Assembly (NCBI GenBank): GCA_947491825.1
Contig: CANLLM010000003.1
Coordinates: forward strand, 2,067 to 66,066
Reading direction: 5' to 3'
DNA: 64,000 bases
From: Bacteroidota bacterium
Lineage (GTDB): Bacteria; Bacteroidota; Bacteroidia; UKL13-3
This document shows positions 56,669 to 64,000 of this stretch, one piece after another. The notes below the pieces were generated by a model. It was not told the DNA's origin, did not search any database, and worked only from the letters and a program-made list of their open reading frames with translations. Every line of letters begins with the position of its first letter. Position 1 is the stretch's first letter. A program made the position numbers and the translations under genes.

Positions 56669-56711
56669 AACGAACCCGAAACCGCGAACAGTGAACTATA
56701 ATTAACTAAAC

Positions 56712-57692
56712 ATGACAGAAAAAAAACGCATTTTAATTACAGGTGCAGCCGGATTTTTAGGTTCGCATTTGTGTGATAGATTTATAAAAGAAGGCTATGA
56801 AGTAGTGGGCATGGATAACCTAATTACGGGTGATTTAAAAAATATCGAACATCTATTTAAACTGGCAGCGTTTGAGTTTTACCACCATGATGTAAGCAAG
56901 TTTATTCACGTGCCAGGTAAAATAGATTATATCTTACATTTTGCCTCGCCTGCAAGCCCGATTGATTATTTAAAAATTCCAATCCAAACATTAAAGGTTG
57001 GTTCATTGGGTATTCATAATTGTTTGGGATTGGCCCGAGTAAAAAGAGCCCGAGTATTAATTGCATCAACCAGTGAAGTTTATGGCGACCCTACTGTACA
57101 TCCACAACCAGAAGAATATTGGGGGAATGTAAACCCTGTTGGTCCGCGTGGTGTGTACGATGAAGCAAAACGTTTTCAAGAAGCCATGACTATGGCCTAC
57201 CACACCTATCATGGATTAGAAACACGCATTGTTCGAATCTTTAATACATACGGCCCACGTATGCGATTAAATGATGGACGCGTGTTGCCTGCATTTATAG
57301 GACAAGCTTTGCGAGGCGAAGATTTAACCATGTTTGGAGATGGTTCACAAACACGTTCGTTTTGTTATGTTGATGATTTGGTTGAAGGTATTTACCGCTT
57401 GTTGTTAAGCGATTATCCTTACCCCGTTAATATTGGCAATCCGGATGAAATTACCATTAAAGATTTTGGCGAAGAAATTATTAAACTTACTGGTACCAAA
57501 CAAAAACTAATATCAAAACCTTTACCAACTGACGACCCAAAACAGCGCAGACCAGATATTACCAAGGCGCGTGAAATACTAGATTGGGAGCCAAAAGTTA
57601 GTCGTGAAGCAGGTTTGAAAATTACCTACGATTATTTTAAAAGTTTAAGCCCTGAAGAGTTAAACAAAACAACGAATCATCGTTCGTTTTAA
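56712..57692 (+). CDS. uxs: UDP-glucuronate decarboxylase (UDP-xylose synthase-type SDR)
   Basis: 326 aa. [17 protein letters not shown] Rossmann motif, STSEVYGDP and catalytic YDEAKR. End-to-end resemblance to UXS-family enzymes. Confidence 0.92.
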   Translation: MTEKKRILITGAAGFLGSHLCDRFIKEGYEVVGMDNLITGDLKNIEHLFKLAAFEFYHHDVSKFIHVPGKIDYILHFASPASPIDYLKIPIQTLKVGSLGIHNCLGLARVKRARVLIASTSEVYGDPTVHPQPEEYWGNVNPVGPRGVYDEAKRFQEAMTMAYHTYHGLETRIVRIFNTYGPRMRLNDGRVLPAFIGQALRGEDLTMFGDGSQTRSFCYVDDLVEGIYRLLLSDYPYPVNIGNPDEITIKDFGEEIIKLTGTKQKLISKPLPTDDPKQRRPDITKAREILDWEPKVSREAGLKITYDYFKSLSPEELNKTTNHRSF

Positions 57693-57700
57693 TAAATTAA

Positions 57701-57736
57701 AACAAGCCCATGTCTTATTTCATGGGCTTGTTATTT
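57701..57736 (+). terminator. Rho-independent terminator after uxs
   Basis: Perfect 12-bp stem aacaagcccatg [tcttattt] catgggcttgtt followed by aTTT. Confidence 0.8.
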
Positions 57737-57760
57737 AAAATTTAGTTTCAACACAACATC

Positions 57761-58777
57761 ATGATTACAACAGCACCTTATAAAATAGATGTTCATGCGC
57801 ACATTATGCCCGAGTTTATTCCAAACTTAAAGGAGCGTTTCGGATATGGAGATGAGTTTATATACTTAGACCATTACCAACCTGGTCGTGCAAACATGAT
57901 GAAAGCGGATGGAACATTTTTCAGGGCTATTGATGATATGTGCTGGGATCCTAAATCCATTATTCAACACATGGATAAACATGATGTGCAACTGATGGCC
58001 TTATCTACCATTCCTGTATTATTTTATTATTGGGCAAAATCAGAACATACGCACGAGTGGAGTCAATACATAAATAACCATTTGGCACAAATTCAACGCG
58101 ACTATCCTACTCGTTTTGTGGGCTTAGGTACTTTAGCCATGCAGGACACTGTTTTGGCTGTAGAGGAACTCACACGGTGTAAATACGAATTAAACTTGCC
58201 AGGCGTTGAGATTGCAACAAATATTTTAGATTACAACCTAGATGATGAACGCTTTTTTCCATTTTATGAAGCTGCTGAAAAACTAGGTATGTGTATATTT
58301 GTTCACCCTTGGGATATGATGGGGCAAGACAAAATGAAAAAGTTTTGGTTACCATGGTTAGTTGGGATGCCAGCAGAAACATCGCGTGCTATATGCAGCA
58401 TGATATTTGGCGGAGTGTTTGATAAATTTCCAAAATTACGTGTCATGTTTGCACATGGTGGTGGATGTTTCCCGCATACCATTGGTCGCGTTTCGCATGG
58501 TTACCACGCACGTCCCGATTTATGCAACATCAACCAAGTAGCCGACCCATACGAATATGTAAAGAAGTTTTACATTGATAGTTTGGTACACGATGAAGAA
58601 GCTTTACGCTACAATTTAAAATTATGGTAGTGAACGAATTGCTTTGGGTAGTGATGTCCCATTCCCACTTGGCGATTTAGAACATGGCAGGTTTATAGAA
58701 TTGATGAAGGATTTAAGTGCCGCGAAGAAAAAGCACAAATACTATTCAAAACAGCAAAAGAATGGTTAGGTATTTAA
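57761..58777 (+). pseudogene. ACMSD-like amidohydrolase (2-amino-3-carboxymuconate-6-semialdehyde decarboxylase family) interrupted by two compensating frameshifts
   Basis: The 289-aa ORF (IDVHAHIMP..., FAHGGG, YIDSLVHD) stops at TAG 58628-58630. The conserved continuation SERIALGSDVPFPLGDLEHGRFIELMKDLSA is read in the +1 frame (58629-58721). The conserved C-terminus EEKAQILFKTAKEWLGI* returns to the original frame (58724-58777). Confidence 0.75.
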
Positions 58778-58788
58778 TAACCCAAACA

Positions 58789-61700
58789 TTACCTAATTAA
58801 AGTAACAGTACCCGTTACTTCAACCCGTTGCTTACTTCTTCCTGTAACTTCAATTAAATAAACATAAACGCCTGAAGGCATTGGCTTGCCATCGAAGTTT
58901 CCATCCCAGGATACATCTCTATTATTGCTTTCAAAGACATTATTTCCCCACCTATCAAAAATATTTATTTTATAGTTCTCTATAAATAAACCTCCTACAA
59001 CCAAGCGCTCATTTATACCGTCTCCGTTTATGGTAAACACATTAGGAACATAAACCCTTGGTCCTGTTCCAACACAAGTAATGTTTGATTGACTTATGGC
59101 GTTATTACCATCAAGCTCATTAGCGATAACCGAGTAACAATAGTTTCTTTGAGGCAGGGTTAAATATTGATGAATGAAAGTTGTATCTATAGCAGAATTG
59201 GTTGCGACTTTACTATATACTCCCAATGAATCATAATAAAACAATACATCATAATTATTTACACCATTAATCCACTCACGATACTTGGTGTAATAAACAA
59301 TCGGGTCATATAATAGTCTGTCATTTCTTACTAAATCTACTGTCAATAAAATAGTCTTTGCCTCATTACTAAGCAAGCTAATTCCTCCGCATGCATCTTT
59401 TAAATAAACAAAGTATGAATAGCTATGTTCATCTACTAATACATTTTCATCAATCATAAATGTATCAGATACTTCCTTGTAAAAAGTAGCACTAGTCTCA
59501 TCATCACGCATTCTAAATATCAAATATTTAAAACTTACTTCATAAGATTTCTTAGCCCATTGTAACAATACTTGCTTATCGTTCACAACAGAAACGCTAA
59601 CAATTTTGGTACCTGGTAAACTACTTACATATAAAGGTGTAGCTCCACTGGTATCACTCCAACTATATTTTGAGGTATCAGCATCCATCGCTACCGTTTT
59701 AATTCGATAGTAATAATTTATGAAACAAGAAATTGAAGTATCAATGTATTGCAGTGTTCCAGCTGAAACATCTTTTATCTGATAAAATGCAGTTCCCGAG
59801 TCTGGGTTGTTTCGCCAAATCTCATAACGCTTGACAGATCCAAAACCTTTGTATGAACTCCATGATAACTTAATTGCGTTATCAATTGGCCAAGCCTTTA
59901 GTTCAACTGTAGTATGTGTAGGAGACACTGCACTTCTATTCTTACAAACATCCATGGCCGATATAGCATATGAATAAGGATTTAAAAGCGTATTAATTCC
60001 AGTTTCAACATGAAAAGTATCTGCTACAGCTAAAACATCAACAAAAGATTGAGGTGAGGCTCCCAGGTAATTATAAAAAATTCGATAGCTGAGAAAATCT
60101 TCTTCTTTGCTCGGATTAAATACAAATAAATTGGTGCTGTTATCAATTACTGTTGCCCTGTGAACTGAAGGAATATTTGGAGCTACAACATCATTATAAA
60201 CAGTAAGTGTATCAGATTTTGTTATGGTATCACTACATCCATTAGAATCAATAGCAATCAAGGTAATATCGTATTTACCTGCCTGGGTAAATTTCTTAAT
60301 GATTGGTCCTTCACCCGATACTTCTTCATTATTAAATATCCATTTCCAATTTACTATCCCTGGCTTGTTGGGTGTTATATTTTCAAAGGTAAGTTCAGTA
60401 TTAAAACAAATTTTAGTGGTATCAGAAACAAAATCAGGTTCAGGCTTATCGAATACAATAATCGAATCAACAGCATCAAAAGAATAACCACACAAGCCAC
60501 TACTGTCATACAAAGTTAGTCTTGGATAGTAAGTTCCTGCATCATTATAGGTATATTGTTCGTCTAACACTTTCATCGTATCAACTAATCCGTTACCGAA
60601 ATCCCAAATATGATAACGCGCATTTGGAGATGATACTTGAAACCTCACTTTATGTGGCGAACATCCTTTATTAGGACTATAGGTATAACTTCCCATAGGT
60701 CCGCCTAAATCTAAATAATCTTTAATTTTAAGTGAATCTATGCAGCCTGAACTATCTGTAACCGTTAAACTTACATCATATTTACCAGGTTTACTAATTG
60801 TAAATATTGGACTTAATTGGGTACTTGTGTTTGAAGCAAATGTCCAATACCTTGACTTAATACCACTCGAACCAACAGCAGATGTGTCGAATAACTGAAT
60901 GGGCACTATTGGAAAGTAACAAGCTCTTACACTTGGATTAGCATAAAACGCGAGTATTGTTTTCTTATTGCTAATTTTAATCAAGGTATCTGCAATTGCT
61001 GTGCATCCATTAGAATCCACAACGGTTAGCTCAAACAAATAGGATGAATCAGCCAAATTAAATGTAGTGTTGTACACAGAGCCATTATAAGTTGAACTAC
61101 CCTGTTTCCAACTGTAATTGGCTGGCGAAAAAACCTTACTCCCATCTGTATTGGCTGCGCTAATAATTTGAGTCGAGCCACATGTTATATTCTTAGTTAA
61201 ACTAATATCAGCAATCGGACTTGATGGAACAATTTTTTTAGTAGCCGTAAACTCACAACCTAAGCTATCTGTTATAATTAAAGCGACTTGGTAACCATCT
61301 GCCTGAACATTTTGAGGATTACTAAATACATAAGATGCATTGTTAATTGTATTAGTAATGGTTGAGTCTGTTGATGTCCATAACCATTTCCTTTTAACAA
61401 TAGGATAATCTGACGTTGAGCTATCATATGATGTTAGTGCTAGTGGTGTACAACCCGTATATTTATCAAAAACTACCCTCATATTTGCACCAGATACATG
61501 CACTACAGAATCCTTGAACAAAGAAAACACACAACCACGAGCATCAGTTATAGTCATAGTTAATCCTCTCCAACCATAATTATAAAGCGTATCAAGTACA
61601 CTAAATCCAGAAGTTGTTTCTCCACTATTAAATGACCAATTGGTAGTTGTAATCGCAGCAGCAAAAGTACCTAATGTAGTGGTGTTGTTCAACCCTATAA

Positions 61701-63831
61701 TAAGCGGGCTGCAGCCAATGGTATCACTAACTGTGTAACTTATCCCTGGTAAGTCAGGAACAAGTAGCGTGTATTCTGCCGTATCTCTGCAATTTGTTAA
61801 AGTATCAAGGGCTATTAACTTAACTTGATAATTTCCCGTTGTGTTGTAAAAATGTTTTGAAACGATTGTATTCGAAGTATCTCCATCACCAAAAAGCCAT
61901 AAATACCGATTTGCTCCTGCAGAAGAAGTGGCATCAAACGTAAGTGTATCTCGACTGCAACCAACAGTTGGATTTTGCATTCTAGCAAGTGCAGGTAAGA
62001 TATTGATGTAATTAATTTTCTCTAACTCACTCGAACAACCATTATAAATAATCTTGGCTTTTATATTATAAGAACCTGTGTCAATGAAATTGATTATAGG
62101 ATTTTTGATAGCTGCTGTCCCATTTTTCCAAGACCAATCATAAACTAAGTTTGGCACTCCACTATTTTCAGTTAAAGTAAATGTAACCGGATTAATTTGT
62201 GAATAACATCCATTGAATTTATCTGCAACGAAATTAAATGCTATTGTATCTCCTACCCAAATTGTATCGAAAACCTCAGACCTACAACCTGCTGCAGTAA
62301 TTGCAATTAACTTAACAATATGTCTTCCTACGTTATTAAAGGTATAATTAAATGAACTAGTCGTACCAATTGTTACTCCATTGAACTCCCAAATAAAAGA
62401 AGTAAAAATACTAGGATTACTAATACTGAATAAGGATTGATAAGGTTTACACCCTTTTTTGGCATTTAACCCATTTACAAGGACTTGCGGGGTCGAAACA
62501 TTGATTAGTTGTTCTGAACTATCCGAACAGCCATTTGCATCAGTAACTAATAACTTTACATAATGATTTGAAAGTATAGTATATGTAGTACTATCTATAG
62601 GCAGCAAGGATGAGTCACCATTTCCAAAATTCCATTTATACGATAAACCACTTCCAACTGAGGTTGAATTAAAAACCACATCAACTGGAACAAAACAGAT
62701 TGATGCTGGTTGTTTAGTAAAACTAGCAATAGGTTTAGCGCTTACATTAATTGTTTTGGAAACAGAATCTAAACAACCACGAATCGCTGTAACTAACTTT
62801 ATCGAATGAGTTCCAGCATTTAAAATACTGGCCAAATCTTTATCCGTTATCACATTTCCATTGTTAATGGTCCATTTAAATGTAGCTATAGATGTATCAG
62901 GAGTTGATTTGTTTTTAAATAAATATTGTTGACCGCTGCAAAATGGAGGGGTAGGTAAATCAAAATTGGCTTGTGTATTAACAATGTATACAGCCGAACT
63001 TTTACTTGCAAATGCTGCACAACCAGAAGGCGCGCTAACTTTTAAAAATACCCCGAAAACTCCAGGGTTAGTGAAGTTAAATGAGGGCGAAATAGCTGAA
63101 GATGTTAGTCCATTACTTGTTGACCATTCATAAGTGTAAGAGGCGTTGGAGGGATTTACCGTTGGAGTAAATGTTTGATTAATAGGCCCTTTACACACAA
63201 TTGGATTACTCACATTGAAATCTACAGTATGGCTTTGAGTTGGATTGATAAATCCATTTTTTGTTATCGTTGAAAAACAACCATTGGCATCAGTCGCTGT
63301 TAAAGATACCGTTTTAGCACCTCCTGTGGTATACACATGTGTGGGCGATTGTGTAGATCCAATAATACCATCACCAAAGTCCCATAACCAAACTGTAATT
63401 GGTGCAGATCCTATTATTGTGTTATTGGATAATGGTGTAGAAAGCGGAACACATCCTCCAGTAACCGTAGTCGAAAAATCTACAATGGGGGATGTAAAAA
63501 CTGTAATATATGCAGATTTAGTTTCTACATCATTTCCTGATGCGTTAGAAACTGTTAAGGATACATTATACGTGCCTGGTACAATGTAAATTGCTGATGG
63601 ATTTTGAAATGTAGAGATATTACCGTTGCCAAAGCTCCAAGAAAATGAAGTCGGATTTCCCGATGATAAATCCGAGAATTGAACACTCAATGGACTACAT
63701 CCAGATCTTACAGATGCACTAAAGTCTGCAATAGGTTGGGCTCCTAAAGTTCCGCCCATAAAAATTAATAAATAAATTATCGACCTCAACCTTTTATTTC
63801 TTATGTTAAAAATAAACTTTCGTACAAACAA
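58789..63831 (-). CDS. Giant PKD-repeat surface protein with T9SS type-B (gliding-motility-associated) C-terminal domain
   Basis: 1680 aa. About 14 PKD-like modules, recognised by recurring GC.PL.V.F...S......W.FG(D/N)G...T..NP.H.Y...G.Y.V.L. The C-terminal VYVPNVFTINGDGINERL...IFDRWGNNVFES...WDGNFDGKPMPSGVYVYLIEV is a type-B CTD. The start is TTG 63831 (first ATG would be Met25), so the start is uncertain. Confidence 0.85.
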   Translation of the reverse strand: MFVRKFIFNIRNKRLRSIIYLLIFMGGTLGAQPIADFSASVRSGCSPLSVQFSDLSSGNPTSFSWSFGNGNISTFQNPSAIYIVPGTYNVSLTVSNASGNDVETKSAYITVFTSPIVDFSTTVTGGCVPLSTPLSNNTIIGSAPITVWLWDFGDGIIGSTQSPTHVYTTGGAKTVSLTATDANGCFSTITKNGFINPTQSHTVDFNVSNPIVCKGPINQTFTPTVNPSNASYTYEWSTSNGLTSSAISPSFNFTNPGVFGVFLKVSAPSGCAAFASKSSAVYIVNTQANFDLPTPPFCSGQQYLFKNKSTPDTSIATFKWTINNGNVITDKDLASILNAGTHSIKLVTAIRGCLDSVSKTINVSAKPIASFTKQPASICFVPVDVVFNSTSVGSGLSYKWNFGNGDSSLLPIDSTTYTILSNHYVKLLVTDANGCSDSSEQLINVSTPQVLVNGLNAKKGCKPYQSLFSISNPSIFTSFIWEFNGVTIGTTSSFNYTFNNVGRHIVKLIAITAAGCRSEVFDTIWVGDTIAFNFVADKFNGCYSQINPVTFTLTENSGVPNLVYDWSWKNGTAAIKNPIINFIDTGSYNIKAKIIYNGCSSELEKINYINILPALARMQNPTVGCSRDTLTFDATSSAGANRYLWLFGDGDTSNTIVSKHFYNTTGNYQVKLIALDTLTNCRDTAEYTLLVPDLPGISYTVSDTIGCSPLIIGLNNTTTLGTFAAAITTTNWSFNSGETTSGFSVLDTLYNYGWRGLTMTITDARGCVFSLFKDSVVHVSGANMRVVFDKYTGCTPLALTSYDSSTSDYPIVKRKWLWTSTDSTITNTINNASYVFSNPQNVQADGYQVALIITDSLGCEFTATKKIVPSSPIADISLTKNITCGSTQIISAANTDGSKVFSPANYSWKQGSSTYNGSVYNTTFNLADSSYLFELTVVDSNGCTAIADTLIKISNKKTILAFYANPSVRACYFPIVPIQLFDTSAVGSSGIKSRYWTFASNTSTQLSPIFTISKPGKYDVSLTVTDSSGCIDSLKIKDYLDLGGPMGSYTYSPNKGCSPHKVRFQVSSPNARYHIWDFGNGLVDTMKVLDEQYTYNDAGTYYPRLTLYDSSGLCGYSFDAVDSIIVFDKPEPDFVSDTTKICFNTELTFENITPNKPGIVNWKWIFNNEEVSGEGPIIKKFTQAGKYDITLIAIDSNGCSDTITKSDTLTVYNDVVAPNIPSVHRATVIDNSTNLFVFNPSKEEDFLSYRIFYNYLGASPQSFVDVLAVADTFHVETGINTLLNPYSYAISAMDVCKNRSAVSPTHTTVELKAWPIDNAIKLSWSSYKGFGSVKRYEIWRNNPDSGTAFYQIKDVSAGTLQYIDTSISCFINYYYRIKTVAMDADTSKYSWSDTSGATPLYVSSLPGTKIVSVSVVNDKQVLLQWAKKSYEVSFKYLIFRMRDDETSATFYKEVSDTFMIDENVLVDEHSYSYFVYLKDACGGISLLSNEAKTILLTVDLVRNDRLLYDPIVYYTKYREWINGVNNYDVLFYYDSLGVYSKVATNSAIDTTFIHQYLTLPQRNYCYSVIANELDGNNAISQSNITCVGTGPRVYVPNVFTINGDGINERLVVGGLFIENYKINIFDRWGNNVFESNNRDVSWDGNFDGKPMPSGVYVYLIEVTGRSKQRVEVTGTVTLIR

Positions 63832-63842
63832 ATTAAACTGGA

Positions 63843-64000
63843 TTATCTGGTTATTGTTGTTTCGATTTTTCTCGTCAACTCATATCTTTTTTGTGTTAAA
63901 TGCATATGCACATGCACATGCAAGTCAACTTGCTCCATATCTCCTTTTTTTTCAAAATTGTCTAATTCTTCTTGATTATGTTTCATTAACTTTTCCACAT
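63843..64000 (-). CDS. Possible 3' end of an ORF open to the window edge (or a 47-aa small ORF from ATG 63986)
   Basis: The minus-strand frame reads (V)EKLMKHNQEELDNFEKKGDMEQVDLHVHVHMHLTQKRYELTRKIETTITR* with its stop at 63843-63845. No homology recognised. It ends 11 nt before the PKD-protein start. Confidence 0.25.
   Translation of the reverse strand, partial: VEKLMKHNQEELDNFEKKGDMEQVDLHVHVHMHLTQKRYELTRKIETTITR

Noticed and set aside
918-63589. All other 60-138-aa track ORFs nested in or antisense to larger genes (e.g. 2088-2276, 3251-3636, 7282-7593, 10255-10671, 22684-23064, 23209-23607, 25499-25819, 33039-33314, 37878-38213, 45221-45523, 50051-50329, 53305-53658, 60224-60487, 63245-63589)
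   Set aside because: Each overlaps a long ORF with strong family motifs on the other strand or frame. None has a recognisable motif, signal or independent intergenic space.

Overview
Low-GC chromosomal window that looks like Bacteroidota. This is inferred from T9SS type-A and type-B C-terminal sorting domains, TAnnTTTG -7 promoter boxes, an SLBB-type Wza and a CarboxypepD_reg-type TonB-dependent receptor. Layout: (i) 1-267, tail of an AraC-type regulator. (ii) 356-24842, a ~24.5-kb, visibly AT-richer Wzx/Wzy-type surface-polysaccharide locus. It holds 10 glycosyltransferases, Glf, a DegT aminotransferase plus NeuD-type acetyltransferase, two MOP flippases, a Wzy-like polymerase, a kinase-less Wzz and Wza. 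It is split by a 5-kb gene for a 1665-aa PorU/gingipain-like C25 peptidase with a T9SS-like tail. (iii) 24918-34531, five co-directional envelope genes: TonB-dependent receptor, 1019-aa TPR protein, beta-barrel, HU-like+SPOR protein, PBP1-type binding protein. (iv) HD hydrolase, aminopeptidase N, biotin carrier. (v) 38579-42741, a T9SS CxxCH protein, a DTE/Met105 proteorhodopsin, and one 681-aa ORF fusing lycopene cyclase (CrtY) to the retinal-forming Blh dioxygenase. (vi) LuxC-like reductase, ferredoxin, secreted EEP hydrolase, a vWA-cupin-PLC-like trio, GcvP, YbaB, WaaA. (vii) DegT-Ugd-[74-bp tandem repeat]-UDP-glucuronate decarboxylase. (viii) an ACMSD-like amidohydrolase broken by two compensating frameshifts. 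(ix) a 1680-aa PKD-repeat T9SS type-B protein. I recognised no rRNA, tRNA, CRISPR, transposase or integrase. The most noteworthy points are the C25 peptidase built into the glycan locus, the CrtY-Blh fusion next to a proteorhodopsin with Trp-Gly at the xanthorhodopsin antenna-window position, and the SD/anti-SD hairpin tandem repeat. All calls rest on by-eye motif recognition; no searches were run.
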